DNA of 64,000 nt from Nageia nagi (lineage: Eukaryota; Plantae; Pinophyta): the NCBI GenBank assembly GCA_050084985.1, contig JBITNC010000001.1, positions 148,924,001-148,988,000 on the forward strand. Direction: 5' to 3'. Of this stretch, positions 14,400-29,000 are shown in pieces. The position numbers were made by a program, and so were the translations under genes. The notes beneath the pieces were generated by a model. That model was not told the DNA's origin, ran no database searches, and worked only from the letters and a program-made list of their open reading frames with translations. Each line of letters opens with the position of its first letter. Position 1 is the first letter of the stretch.

Positions 14400-15095
14400 T
14401 ATTGTTGTAAAAATCGGCCAAAAATCGGGATCGACAACCTAAATGATTTTTTTTATTTTGCTGACGTGGTAATTTTTTGTTCGATTCTAGTGATTCCCCA
14501 TCTGATTTTTTGGGCCAATTTTTTGCTGATTTTTGGTAAAAAATTGTAGGATTGGCTAGGGAGGAAAAAAAAGGTCAAAATTGGATTTTGTTTTTTACTT
14601 TTTCTTGCAAACTTCAGCTGGGAGTACTAAGAGGAGCTAGGAGAAACATCATTTGCATAATGTTTACCCTTTCGGAATGCTCGTTTTTACCTCGTAAAGG
14701 GATTAAATTTAATTCTTGAAGTCGTCCCGAAAATTTTAAGTGCCATTTTTTGTAAAGAGGTCCTTTTGGGGTTGTGAACAAAACCCATTGGATACTCTCA
14801 TTAGGTTTCATTAAAATATTATCGGATTAGTCATATGATATGTTTTGACTCTCAAGTCTCATGAAATATGTGATATGTTTTGACATTTTGGCATTTTGCT
14901 ATGTTCTACTTATTGTATTAGACTATCATATGATATGTTTTGAGAGATAGCTTAAAGTAATTATTTTGATGTCAAATTGTAAAAATTGTTGATTTTTCTT
15001 CTTGGCCAATTTTTTACCAATTTTTGGTTGGTTCTCGAAAAATTAGAATCTTCTAGTTAAACGATTCCGATTCAATTCGGAGTCAGACAACTTTG
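14400..15095. mobile_element. Non-autonomous hAT element related to the hAT at 19341-23015
   Basis: Perfect 8-bp TSD atcaaaag. Ends tattgttgtaaaaatcg / gacaactttg resemble the catagttgtaaaaatcg TIR. Shares the subterminal aaacgattccgattc with the element at about 22980. Confidence 0.85.
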
Positions 15096-16518
15096 ATCAA
15101 AAGTAATATGATACCCAAGCTTATCCATCATCTTGATGGAAAGCAATTTTTTTGTAGATTAGGCACATGTTGTATTTCACACAAGATACTTTCTCTACCA
15201 TTGTCTAGCCTAATCCTTATGCTCCTTCTTTCCACAATTGCATAAGGATGATTATCACCTAAGTAAACAATCCAACCACTATAAGGTTGATAATTAACAA
15301 ACTGGTCTCTATGAGGAGACATGTGGAAAGATGCACCCGTGTCCAAAACCCAGGTATTTAAAACAACTCTGTTGTTATTTGTACAAAAGGCTTCACATGT
15401 TAACAACTTTTGTATCTCTTGTACTCACATCAATTGATGGCTGATTTTGCTTTTCACTATCGTTTTCCTTCTTCAGATGCCAACAATCCTTTTAGGAGTG
15501 TGTTGGTTTCCCATAGTGCCAACACTTCCCTTTCTCCTTTTGTCTATTTAACTTAGATCTTGACTATGATCTTCCTCTCCGAACTAGGGCTTCATTTGTA
15601 GAGAGTTCTAAAAACAATTTTTGCCTCAAATCTTCTCCCAACAAAGCGACTACTACATCATCAATATTTAGAGTTCTTAATGATGCATTGCTAGTGGTGA
15701 TCACCAAATGATCATAGGTGTTCGGGAGGGAACAAAGTAGAGTGATTGCTTTATCCTCATCATCCATCGTCACATTAGCAAAAACAAATTTACTGATTAG
15801 GGAATTGAACTCATTCAAATGATTTGCCACAGCCAAGCCCTCTTGCATCGTTAGACTATAAATCTATTTTTTCAAGAAAACCTTACTTCTTGTGTTTACA
15901 GTTTGAGTCTCATACAACTTCTCAAGCTTCTCCGTAAGGGCTTCCATGGTCTTATTTTCAGCAATATTGAAAAAGATAGAGTCTGCTAGAGAAAGACGAA
16001 TTCTAGAAATTGCCTTTCTGCTCATCTTTGCTCATTTCTCATCTATCATGCTACTTGACTTATTTGCAAGCCTTTTAAAGACTAGGGCTTGGTTGTTCTG
16101 AACTAACAAATCGTCCACTTTCATCTTCCATAGGGTAAAGTTATTGCCATCAAACTTATCAATATCGAACTTGGTTACACCTTCTAACATTGTTACAACT
16201 CCCACTCAAATAAAACTCTAAACACGTTCAAGAGAACCTAGCTTTGGTACCGAACTGTTAGAATTCAGCAAGCAAACTGTAACAAAAACAACATAAATAT
16301 TAAACCAAAAACAATACACAAGATTAATGTGGAAAACCTTGCTGTATGCAAGGAAAAACCACATGGCAAAAGACAGCTTCGATATTTTATTAATCTTAGA
16401 GAACATTACACTTTTTTAACACTATCAACTTCAAGGGGTCATTCTCTCTTTATAGAAAACAAAGTGACCTATCTAAATACAATGTCTATTAATAGAGCGT
16501 TTATTTATAATGCGTTTA

Positions 16519-16665
16519 ATAATAGAGCAATTGAACATCTATTAATAGAACAACAATACATCTAATAATAGAACAATTATACATCTAATAATAGAACAAC
16601 AATACATCTAATAATAGAACAATTATACATCTAATAATAGAACAACAATACATCTATTACTAGAA
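16519..16665. repeat. ~23-bp tandem repeat (taatagaacaa[c/t][a/t]atacatctaa) inside the copia LTR
   Basis: About six consecutive units visible; the same units appear in the other LTR at 4840-4922 and 6220-6240. Confidence 0.85.
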
Positions 16666-18624
16666 GAACGTGCAATACTGTGCTGTGGAACATTGGAGAT
16701 GTGGATATTGACTTCACCTCCTAACATTTTCCCCTAACTATCCCCGAGATGTTCAAGGGATGTATTTGGCTTGCTTGAGCATCCTCGAGATGTCCCCATT
16801 TTGGCCATTCGAATAAAAAATGTCCTTTGTTTTGGTTGGCGGTCCCATAGATGACTTAGGATGGGTGTCCTTAGCTAGGGATGGTGCGAAAACGTCCCCT
16901 TGATTCGAGGATGCCACGAGGACTAAAGGATGGGAGATATGCCCCTCTATAACATTGGCAATATCTCTATGTAGAGGTGTATGACAAATGGTAGCCAATT
17001 CCAATGAATAGAGATTTACAGCAGTCTATCTCTATATAGATAACAATTCAAGCACACATAAGCTAATAACCAAGATAGTCACAACCAAAGTTACTTAAAT
17101 TAGTATATTGATATTCATATTGTATTGATACAAATGTTTGTACGAGTAATATCTTCATGTAGAAGCGTATGTTAGCCAATGTTAATGAATAAATATGTAT
17201 AGCACTCCATCTCTGTATATATATCTGTTTACTTTAGCTTCAGCTTGTTACATGAAGAAAAAGGTGTTTTGTATTTGAAGGAAAACAAAATTTGTAATCG
17301 AAAACCCTTTAGATTCCTCCTAGAATGTACAAAGGAATTTGATTTATATACTGAATATATACAATAATGGGCTTTTGTAGAAGTTGTATTAGATCAAATT
17401 GGATCATCTATTCAAAAATTATCTTCAATTTTAGAGGGGTTCACATCAATTTGTATATATGTTTATTCAAGCCTCTTTGGAAATATTCATGCAAGGAAAG
17501 AGGACTTTATTGTCACATTATCCATGAAAGTATTAGTTGGGGTTTACAAGGAATAGACCGAAGATCGATGATTTTTGTTTGTGGGTTTTCTCGAAAAGTT
17601 TGTGTAGTGGTGTTACAAATACACATATATTAATGCTCAATATGTTTCATCTAGTTATTTACTGCACTACTTATGCATTGAAGCTTAGTGGTACCTTATA
17701 ATAGTTCGAGTTTCAGAACATTTCTTGTTCACAAGTCTTTTGTTGGTTACTAGCCTTGTTTCTTTCGAAGGAGGGAAAAGATAGATGCCTTAGGGACAAA
17801 GTAGGTGATACATTTTTTTAGGACTTCCACAGCTTGGCTTGTTGGCTATATTTTAAATATGCTTTTGGAAGACTTGTGTCTTTCCATTTGACCCTTTCAA
17901 AAATGCCCATCCATATATATACCGAAAACTTCATTTATTTGGTTATTGCCACCAAACATAGACTTGAATTCCAGAATTGAAAATAGATATCTCTTCCCTT
18001 GCACTTCTCTAGCAACATGATTGTGAATGTGTACGTTCAAAGCTTCCTAAGTTATACCTTTGGTGGGTAGACATACACATTGAAAAGTAACAATAACATA
18101 CGTGTTGGAGGCATTAAATTATAAAGATAATCTCCAACATGATGGTAATGTTTTGAAGAAAGTGAATATTGTTAAGAAGGAAACCGAGAGGAGAATCACT
18201 GGAAAATTGGAAATGTATATATAAAAGAATGTCAAATTTTTAAACATCAGGTGCATTACTTAATCATGAGAACATGTTTTTGTTTAGCAAGTAAGAGGCT
18301 TCTTAGAATAGGAAATGCATATACCATAAAATATATAATTTGAAGCAGCAGGCATATCTGTTGATCATGATTACATGTTTTCAGTTAGGAAGCAAGAGAT
18401 CTTTTTGAAAAGCTAATTTTTGTTTATCATGAGCGAATTTTATATCTATTATCATATACTTCTTTCTTTCAATAAGTTTCATAGAGTTAGCTGCATTTTT
18501 CATGGTTCTACTCTCTAGACTGCTGGACGATTTTGTTCTAAGTCTAATGATTATTTGAACTTTTCTTTAATTACTATGAAAGAGCTAAATATTTTACATA
18601 AAATATTGTTCTGCTCTTGGGTAG

Positions 18625-18693
18625 GTTCATTATGAGAAAATATATAGACGTTTATTTCCCACTCTACTTCGGATGGCAACAGACATGGAGCTG
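18625..18693 (+). CDS. PRKDC: DNA-PKcs internal exon (69 bp)
   Basis: gtag|GTT...CTG|gtattc, phase 0/0. VHYEKIYRRLFPTLLRMATDMEL resembles [20 protein letters not shown]. Not in the ORF track in this frame. Confidence 0.9.
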
Positions 18694-18851
18694 GTATTCC
18701 TTCTATCTTTATGCCAAAATCTCAAATTTGTTATATTTTCTTCCATCTTCATCTCACAGTATATGGGGACTTATTGTAGGAGGAAGAATTGACAAGAAAT
18801 CTTCAAAACTTTTGTTAATGTGATTGGTCTATTGTTTTCTGTTTATTGCAG

Positions 18852-18994
18852 GTTACTAGGCAGCTGTTCACTGTGTTTGTAAAGCAATTAATCCATTGGT
18901 TTACAAGTAACACACAGAAAGAAAATCCAGATTCTATGGCCCTGCTTGATTCTATACTTGATGGTGTTGTTGATGCTGAGAATGGATCTCTTAG
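18852..18994 (+). CDS. PRKDC: DNA-PKcs internal exon
   Basis: tgcag|GTT...CTTAG|gtatta, phase 0/2. VTRQLFTVFVKQLIHWFTSNTQKENPDSMALLDSILDGVVDAENGSLR resembles [48 protein letters not shown]. Confidence 0.95.
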
Positions 18995-19340
18995 GTATTA
19001 ATTTGATCTTCTTGAAAAGTTTATGGGACCAATTCTGGTAGGAATAAGAAGCTTTTCATATTAGTCCAAAAGAATGAGTTAACACAGTGTTGAGACTTAG
19101 ATTTTGCAGGGCTTACATTTTTTAGTTGTAATTGTACTTAGCAAAAGAGCTCCATAGAGAATCAATAACTGATAAATTGTATAGTTTAGAAAATTGAATG
19201 GAGATAAATGTTGTTTTTTAAAAGTCCTTTGTGATTAGACATCAATGTATAAAACATTAACCTAACTAATACTGTAAATGATAAGTATAAAAAGAAACAA
19301 AAATATGTGGAATATGTTGTTTTTGAGATATACTTGCTAT

Positions 19341-22300
19341 CATAGTTGTAAAAATCGAATCGGAATTGGATAAAATCGGAATCGGCCAAGCAAATGATCC
19401 AATTTGAATTGGATCCAAATTTTTTCAAAAATGTGTTTATCCAATTTTTTCCAATTTCGATTCGCAATTTTTTAGACAAAAAAATGCGATTTGTTCTAAA
19501 AAAATCAGCGAAGAATCAGTTGACGATTTTTTAGGACTAAATCCGATTTTTTGGCTGATTCGATTATGCAAAAAATCGCAATTCCTGATAAAAAAATCGG
19601 TAAAAAATCGTCTTGTCGTATTGGGCACAGGTAGAGGGGTTTAAGTCACCAAAAAGCTCAATCATTTCATTATTTTTTGCATTCTAGAGCTGAGAGGAGT
19701 TGAGCTAACACCATTTTCAACATGTTTGAAGAGATTCCAAGTAAGTTTCCAATTTTCCAATGCTTTGTGAGTTTTGATGGGTGTTTTTCATTTTCTCTCC
19801 AAGGCTTTAGCTATTTGTTTTTTTCTTTTTTGTTTGTTTTTGCAGCTGCAAGTATGAGTTCTCTAGGCTATAGGAAAGATAGGACAGATGCTGCTTGGCC
19901 ATATGTCACAGAGACTGAAACAAAAGGCACTTTTATTTGCAATTTTTGTAGGGAATCTATTGGTGGAAGTATTTACAGAATGAAATTTCACTTAGCAAGA
20001 ATGGCTGGGAATAATGTTAGACCTTGCCCTAAGGTGGATCAAGATGTCCAGAGGCAAATTGTTGCCATCATAGAAGCCAAGGCAATAGAGAAGCAGACAA
20101 AGAAAATAACAAAATTAGAAATTGCCAAAGGTTTTCCACCAACTCCCCCTCCACCCTCACCTCTAGGGTTTCCAAGGGCAAGTTCTACCTAGGGCCATTT
20201 GCTTGAAGAGGGCAGTGCTAGTGGTAGTGCAATAGCTGCAACTGCAACTGCAACTGCAGAGCAAACCCCCACCAACGAGATGAGGAATCCAACAAGCTTT
20301 AGTAGTGCAATGAGGTGTGATTTTTTTGCACTTTGTGGTGGCCAAACCACACTCAATCAATCATGGAATAAGGATAAGTTTGATGAAACTAGAAAGGCAA
20401 TTGCAAATTTCTGGTATTACTCTAATCCTTCCTTCAATGTGGCAAACTCGCCATATTGGTAGTACATGGTTAAAGCTATTGCTGCTTGTGGATTCAAAGC
20501 ACCAACTTACAGTGATTTGAGAGGTCCTATATTGGATGTGGTTGTTTTAGATTGCGGGAGGGTTATTGATGAGCAGAAGATGATTTGGAGAAGAAAGGGT
20601 TGCAACATTCTTAGCGATGGTTGGACCGATACACGAGGGATAACTTTGAACTTTTTGGCTGCTTCTGCAGGAGGTCTGGTATTCTTGAAGTCAGTGGATG
20701 CATAAGGTGAAGTAAAAAATAGTGATTATTTATTTGGGCAGCTGCAGATAGTCATTGAGGAGGTGGCGGTTGAGAACGTTGTGCAAGTATATTTATTATT
20801 TTCTATCTATTTCGTTTCGGTTTATTTTGTGCATGTTATAATTTTTTGATTTAAATTTTTAATAATTAAAATTTAATTCATTTAAGTTTGAAACTTAACT
20901 TTAAATTTTATGTTGTGCACACTGTAGGTTATCCGACGCTTCTACATACGTTAAAGCAAGGGAGGATTGAGAAAGAATACCCTCCCATTTTTTGGACTCT
21001 TTGTGTTGCACATGTCATCAACTTACTTCTTGAGGACATTGGTAGATTGGATCAAAGAGGTCATGGAAACGTCAAAGAATATCACCAAATATATCTACAA
21101 TCATGCTTGGGTCCTCCATTTGATGAGGACAAATTTCACAAATGGAAAAGGTCTAATACGTCTTGGTAAATTTTTTATTATTTCCCAACTTTCAATTTAT
21201 TGCATTTATATTCTATTTTTTTAATTTTCATTAAATTAAATTTATGAATTTTGCATGCAGCCATTACACAATTTGCAACATCATTTCTTACGTTGTAGAG
21301 TATTTTTAATACTCGAATTGCATTGAAACAAATGTTTGTGAGGAAAAAGTTGATGGAGTCGAGATATGCACGTGAATTAGAGGTCAAGAATATCGTTAAT
21401 TGTATCTTTGATGATGATTATTGGACGGACACACTTCAGATTTTGAGGGTATAATTCTATTTCAATTTTCAACTTTTCCACTTTTCTACTGTTCGAAATT
21501 CCGAATCATTCCGTATTGAATTAATTAAAATTTAATTCATTAAAATTGTTATTAATTTAGTTGTATAATTGATAATTCACTTTGTAGATTACAGAGCCCT
21601 TAGTGAGGGTGCTTCGCCTTGTGGACTCAGAGAAGCCATCCATGGGGTATGTGTATGAGGCGATGGATAAGGCAAAGGAGGCCATATCTGCTTTTTTCGG
21701 TCATCAAGCATCAAGATTTCAGTACATTTGGAACATGGTTGATCGTAGGTAGAATACAGAATTGCATAAGCCTTTACATAGAGTGGGTATTTACTTGAAC
21801 CCCAAGTTCTTCTATGCAGACAATTTTGATCCATTGAATGGAGAGATTAACATAGGTATTCACTAGTAAATATTAATCAACTTTGAGGATTTTGACTTCA
21901 ATTTTCAACTTAACCTATTGAATTTGAATATATTGGATTTTGATTGGCATTCAAATTTTGTAGGTCTCCACAAGGCTATTAACTGTTTGGTGACAGATAA
22001 GGAGATTAGGACCAAAATTTTTAGAGTAGAGCTTCAATATTACAAGAATGCACAAGGCTACTCGTTCACATCCCAAGAATGTCTAGAATCAAGGACGACT
22101 CTAGCTCTAGGTAACAAAATGCATTTTCAATCTTTTTAAAGTGAATTGCTCAATAATTAACATTTTGAAAAATGCATATCTTATTTGTTTTTCTTGGTGC
22201 TTTTTTTTTATATCTATGGTGGGAGGATTATGGCGGTAATACGCCAAATCTTCAGAAAGTGGTCATAAAATCTTATCCCAACCAGTTAGTTATTCTGGGT

Positions 22301-23015
22301 GTGAGCAAAACTGGAGCAATTTTGAGCAAATTCATTCAAAGAAGCGCAATAGGCTCACCCATGAGCGCTTAAATGATTTGGTCTTTGTGCATTACAACCA
22401 TCGCCTCCGTGATAGACAAATTGAAGGAACACGTAATGACATGATAGAGTTGAATGAGATTGATGCAAGTAAGTGATGTGTGGGCTTCATGGTTGAAGGA
22501 TGTGCTAGAAGAGGTTAGAGATTTTGATTTCAATTTTTAACTTGTAGATTAGCTATTGAATTTGATTTTGAATATATTTTATCAACTTTTGATGGGCAAT
22601 GCATTTTGATTGTACAGCCTCAAGATTTTGATTTCACCTTTGAAGAGTATCAAAGGATGGAAAAACAAGCTACTGCAATGGGAGAGGAAGCTGAAAGGGG
22701 GGCAATGGAAGCAGAAAGGGTTCAAGGGGATACATTAGCAGTAGGACCGTCACATAGAGGAGCTGATCTTGAAGATGATGAACCTCTAATAACAACTAGG
22801 TCCAAGGTTCCAAAAGAGAGATTGCGAAAGGCAAAACATGGATGATAGCTCATAGAGTCATAGGCTATAGCTAAAACAGATTTGTTCTAATATCAAATAG
22901 TAGAAATTCCTTCATTTTTCTCCATGTTGATTTTCTGCCGATTTTATCCAATTTTGCAAAAAATCAAAATCCTGCAACCAAACGATTCCGATTCGATTTC
23001 GATTTTTTAACTATG
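19341..23015 (+). mobile_element. hAT DNA transposon (formerly autonomous)
   Basis: TIRs catagttgtaaaaatcga / tcgattttttaactatg; perfect 8-bp TSD cttgctat; repeated subterminal aatcg/cgatt motifs. Confidence 0.95.
19853..22845 (+). pseudogene. Intron-containing hAT transposase pseudogene (BED zinc finger, DUF659-type core, hATC dimerisation domain)
   Basis: AWPYV...FICNFC...GGSIYRMKFHLA...PCPKV; ILSDGWTD; WWEDYGGNTPNLQK...KKRNRLTHERLNDLVFVHYN. Several stops and frameshifts. Confidence 0.9.
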
Positions 23016-26000
23016 CTTGCTATGTACTTGTTGGGCAGCTGGGCTTTCCAAACTTGTTAGATTCGCATAAACTTGGAAGGACTTGAAAGTCTAGTCATTT
23101 GGATCATTAAGTCTGACACGACTTAAGATTGAGCTACTCTTTTCAACATGTCCTTTGTCCTTTGAGACTTTTGATATTGAATATCCTCAAATTGGTACTG
23201 AAATTTTGTTTTCAAAAATAATTATTCCTGATTTGATTATGAAAAGGCTCTCTCTTGCTTGAGACAATGACAATATGAATGTGGAGAATATCTCATTATT
23301 GAATTAGAACTGATGCATACCATATCCATTTTGGTAAGTACAAAGTTCTTTATATGTTCAAAAATAATGATGATCTGAATTGTTGGAGTGTAGTTTATAG
23401 TTTAATCATATGATCACCAAAATGTCTAGGAACATCTTTTCAAAAGTGAATCATAAGGAATAGTGACAATCTGTAAGTTGGAGCTAAAAAAATTAATATG
23501 GGCCAGATTGCAACATACAGGCTTGGGCAAATGGGATAAGAAAGTCTTAGATAGAGGAAAGATAGATCAGAAAACTGTATCATTATGGACACAACTGAAA
23601 AGAACAAAATGATGATATCCTATGATTGGAAGATCAAGATGGCACAACTTTAAAACGAATGTAAATCAAAGATTTTTTTTTTCTCAAAGAAAAGGGTATC
23701 TCTAATTTGAAAATTTGTAACTATTTTTTTTCTCAAGGAAGCCAAAAATATAAGGATGACTAAAAGATGCCAACTTAAACCAAATTGCAACTTATTGTTA
23801 TAAATTGTCTTTGAAATAATTGCTCTATATATTTCACCTAACTTTTGCTTTGTATGAAAATCATTATGTTTCAATAATTTAATGTTTCATATTTTCTTGT
23901 GTTTCATTGCCTTTATCTTTTTTCTTTCCCCTCTTCATATATTTGGTTTCATTCTATTGTATATTGCAACTTCATAAATCTCAGGTTATGCCTTTTAGAG
24001 TTTAAATTATAACTCATTTGATCCTTTGATGCAATCTGTTTGAATCTCAAGTGGCGTTTTTTTTTGCGTCTGGAGTTGCACCCTTTTGTTCTACACAAGC
24101 ATCCTTTCCCATCGCAATTGCAATCTCTCATCTCTGTCATTGCATCCTTTAATGTCCCAACTTCCACTTGTTTACATCTCAGTTCACACCTCTTTATCAT
24201 CTCCAATTACACCACATCATTTCTGGAATCCAATCCTTTCAGTTGTCATAGCAGGCAGATTTTGATAAGGTGTTGGATGAAATTGAGGCAAAAAAAGAGA
24301 TTTGATTGCAAATACTCTTCGAGTCTTATATTGAGTCAGATCCAAAAAGTACAAATGAGTAGGTTCTCAAGTCTTTCCAAGACTATATAAGTTTCGAATC
24401 TTTGTATGGCTGGCGAGTTTGACAAGTTTCTAGAGTGATTCTCTCTTTCCCATGACTATATCTCTACCTACCCAAGACTGACAAAAGTACTTTATAAGAA
24501 TCAACTTGCCTTTTTCCTTGCCACCTGACTTGTGTTGGGAAATTCCACAGGTTAATCTTGGTGACCTTGTTATTCGGTGAAGGATGATCTCACCTTGAAA
24601 GTCAAAACTGTTTGCTCACCAAACTTGGTTGCTTCTCTAGTGGTTGAGTAAAGGGTCATGTGGTAGGCCTAGGCCCAACCCAAACTATTGGAGCTTATCT
24701 TGTTGGTACTAAAGCCCGGTACTATTGGTTGGTGTGGACCATGTAGGCCTGGGAAGAAATGCTTGTTGCCATCTTTTACTTAAGTTTAGGGTTTTGATAG
24801 GGATGAATGGATACCCCTTCCTGTACCAGATCTATTGCAACTTGCATTGTGTTCATGACAGGACACCGAATCCAATAGCTATTTGTTGTCTGTGATGTTC
24901 CATAATTATCCTTATTCCAAAATATTAGTAAATCAAGCAATGAACTAGGAAATGAACAAGAACCATGAAATCATGCCACAAAAATACCCAATGCACAAGC
25001 CAAAATGAGAGAATAATGCCAATGTCTCAATATTAAGCAACAATGGAGCAAGATACAAACGATATGGCCCAAGAGGGCTGATGTCTTTCTCAAAGGATAG
25101 ATCTAGGGCACAACACTCTCCAAATGCCTTTGGAAGCTAATGTCTCACTACTTGGGCCTTCAACCCTCAAATTTGCGGTACAAGATTGGATTAAGGGTTT
25201 TTGTTGTTAGCCAAGATCTAGTGAGGGCTACGTCCCACATAATCCTTTTTTCATGCTGGGTTTTCGTCCAACTAAAGGCCTGAGAGATGGTGTTGCCCCT
25301 CCGAAGGTAGAAGATGTCAAATATGCTTAATGATGCCTTCCTACTCCTGCACTAGCCATATAAATAGGATTCCCTCAAGGATGGGCACCTGCACATGCAT
25401 CAAGGAGACATCATGCTTGGGCATCCAGATCATGCCTCGGGAACACACCAAATCATGCACTCATCTTTAGTCATGTGTTATGCTTCGCGATACACAATAT
25501 TACACTTAAATGCTCCTAATCTATCTCTAGGAGAGAGACGCCCCACTTTGGGTCTCATAATTGGTCTATGGGACCCATAAGTCTCCTGTCCTAGGTTACA
25601 ATGATGTCTAAGAATACATGCACCTAATATTTAAATACTCCTAGATACAAAATCACCCCTAAAAGGAATGACTTCAAGAAGAGAACATCATAGTCCTCTC
25701 TTCCCGATTTGCTTGACCCCAAGCAATACAACATTGTTGCATACCATAAATTCTTCAAAGTAATGAAGTTTTGTCTTCAATGTATCATTGGAAACTTCAA
25801 GATCCATACATGTTGTGAATGATTTCTGAAGTAACATCTTTGTCATATCAGCTTCATCTTTCATTTCTTACAAATACAATTTCATCCTTCATGATTTCTG
25901 AAGTAGTAACTCATGTATCCCATGCTTAGCTCTGATGCAGAACTGATCACAAACTGAGAAAGCAAGGGATGTAGCAGCTTTTTTTCTTCCCTCCATGTCA

Positions 26001-29000
26001 ATTACTGAACAACCCACAAACCTCTAGCATATGTCAATGTTTGGCAAGATGATTGCCAACGTTGGGTCTTGACCAATACCTTCTAGCAATGCCAAGCATC
26101 TCATCCACCAAGTCTCTAGCTGAGCTCTAATAGCAGTCAACGAATCAGTCCCAATGATGCTCATGGAAGCCAACTTTGTGCTGCCTCCTCTTCCACACTA
26201 CATTGTTGTCATGCTCCCTTCCCACGCAGCCCATGAAGAGTGGAAGGAAGCTTTTAAAACCTTGCCAAGGAACTCCCAACATATCCCTCCTCCAATGGCA
26301 GCCAAATCATCATGAAGTGCAGCCATAATATCACCAAATGCCACCAATGAGTTTGCTTCATTCTTGACACCTTTTCTCCTATAGTTAAAATTTTTCCAAG
26401 TAATCTTGAAGAAGATCATTAATGCCCTGTTTGTAGCTGCTAGCAAGGCATGATTATTTGTTGTCCTTGGAGCATTAGCATCCTCCAATGTGACCCAAAC
26501 TTCCTTCATTTTTCCAACCATCAATGCAGTCCTCCACACATGCATTCTAGTGCCCAAAGATGTGTACACAAGTTTGCCAAGTGTACCCATTGAGGGTGCT
26601 ACAAACTTCTCAATGCTACTGACCTTTTCCCAAGCTTCATTGTGAAACAAACTCAAAATACAATTAGGAATCAATACAGGAAAATCACCGTTCATGACAT
26701 ACCTCCAACAAGGGCCTTCAAGGTCACCATTGGTTCCCTCAACGTCTAGAAGAGGCATCAAAGGGTGGACAGTTGGTGCCAAGACAAAGTTTGGCTGTAC
26801 TAGCCCTACCAAACACCTCTCTATGCATCCCAATTCATGACATCCTCTCTCCATCACTGAAGATGACTTCATAAACTCACGTGGTTCCTCTTGGGCATCA
26901 TTCTTCTTGGCTATTGTGACGTCCTCCTGGTCAAGTCATCTTCCTCCCCATACTTTCTCCAAACGAGTAGATGAAGCTTGAGGAAAGTAGTCCTTGATAC
27001 GTTGCAGTGTGTACTCCTTCCCATCTACTTCAAACTTCATCACCAACTTCTGATAATTTGAGCGGATGTCTCCCACAACCATTACACTCCTAAAATCAAA
27101 TGTTGAATGCCATGGAAAGGGTAGACGTAGAATTCCTCTCTATTCACATAATCTTGGACCCTTACGCCACACGTCTCCACTATTTTGTCCACTAACATGA
27201 GTTTCCCATTGCATTTGTGACATGGAATCCCTCGAACTCCTTGGATTTGAGTCCCTTCTTTTGCACAAATTCTTCATCAATGAAGTTGTGTGTGGCTCGC
27301 GGGGCTATCAATACCATCACCTCTTGGTTTACAACCATTCCCTTAACCTTGAGCATGAAGTATTTGGGTACTCCACAAGGTGATGCAATCATATCTCCTA
27401 TGGAGTCCTTACTATCAGGAGTAGGACATTCCTGCTTCAAATGCAATCCTCCCATGTCTAGCTCCAAATCTGAATCATCTTCCTCTGAAAGCACCTCAAT
27501 GTAGTGGACTTGTCCCTTTCCTAAGCACCTACGGCCATGCTCCCAGAGATTCTTGCAACTAATGCACATGTTCCTCTTCCTCCACTCATTCCTTGTCTCA
27601 TGATTTGTTTTGCTCTCGCCTAACGAATGACTCCTTTTGATAGTTGGAGGTCCCATCTCCAATGTCCCTCCTCCAGATGTCCCCATCCTAGTTGCAATGG
27701 TGGGCTTGATCCTCATCATGACAGGCTCCAAATCCAATGCCCTCTTGATGGCATCTAGTAGGTGCGTTTCGCTAGTCCGTCTGTGAAGAGGAAGGTGACC
27801 CTATTCTTTGAAATGCTAGGAACCATCGCAACAATCCATTGAAATTTTGCTACATATTCTTCCATTGACCCCCTTTACTTTATTGTAATTAGGTCCGTAA
27901 AATAATCATCCTCATCCTTTTTATCAAATCGGTCTATCATCCTTTTGTTGAACACATCAAAGGAAGTGATAACTCCATGACTTTGTGTAGTCATGCCATG
28001 TTGCCACCAATGATACGCTAGGCCATCCTGGTGTAGGGTGGTAAATCGTATGGTGTCCTCCTCCATCATGGGACTAAGCGTGAAGTAAGTATGCAATGTT
28101 TGGAGCCATGTCTTTGCAGTCATTTTATTGCTCCCATCAAACAAGGGCACCTGTATTATACTTACCCTTTGCTACAAAACTCTCCTATCCACTCATGGTT
28201 CGCCATGAGAATGAATTCCATTAGCCCACTTGCCCAAAAATTCTAAACACATGAAGAAGGTGACATCATTCTTGAATCTCGATGTGTTCAGAAAGTACTC
28301 TCGATACAACTGATTGAGCTCAAGCAGAGTCACATTACTTTCCTGTTTGGTAGAAACATAGGCTTACTAGGACGTGGTAGAGGTGGAGGTGTTGCAACCA
28401 TCTCTGTGCATTCTTCTCTAAAAATATCTCCATCATTGGTTTTCCCACAAGTGGATTTTGGGTAGATCCCATCCTGAACAATGAGTATTCTCCATTGTCC
28501 ACCAGCATTCTGGAAGATTTGAATCTCTAAAACACAGGTTCTCCATGATCAACCCTAGGCTTCCTTGATCATACCCTAGGCCCCTAGATCTATGCTATGT
28601 TGCTTCCTCTTCTTGTGGTTCTTTCTCGCAAGCCTTGTGCAGGGATGCTTCTCCTCCTCTTGGCTCCCTCTCATAAATAGAAGTGGATCTTTGAGTGTGG
28701 GGTGTCTAGGGCTTCTTCCAAGCCCAACATCCCTCTCCTGCACTTCTCTCCTAGTCATGCGCTCAATTTGTTGTTGCATTTTCTCAGCATTATTCTTCAT
28801 CATTCTTAGCAAGGCATCAAAGTTCATCTGGATCCTTGGGTGGGATCTCTCTTTCCTCGTGCACCTCTTTGTTATGCTTTGGCTCATTCATCCAAATTTG
28901 CCGAGCTGAATCTCAATGCTACCTCCTTGCATCATCTTTGGATCTAATTTGAGGTGTCAGTAGAGACTTCTTCCCTTTCTAGCGCAAGTATACCATCTCA

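Larger units (their letters stand above)
4651..16726 (-). mobile_element. Degenerate Ty1/copia LTR retrotransposon hosting three nested insertions
   Basis: LTRs 4651-6310 (interrupted) and 16256-16726, both tgttagaa...cctcctaaca. TSD ttttt/ttttc. Met-tRNA-like PBS at about 16240-16253 and purine tract at about 6311-6325 on the - strand. Gag (15564-16190), protease WVLDTGASFHM (15128-15406), RT remnants at about 6330-7370 (YSSIIGSLMFAMV). Confidence 0.9.

Noticed and set aside
16740-17760. MITE-like and LTR-like remnants
   Set aside because: Suggestive motifs (ataacattg end, gtgggttttc), but no paired ends or TSD could be fixed.
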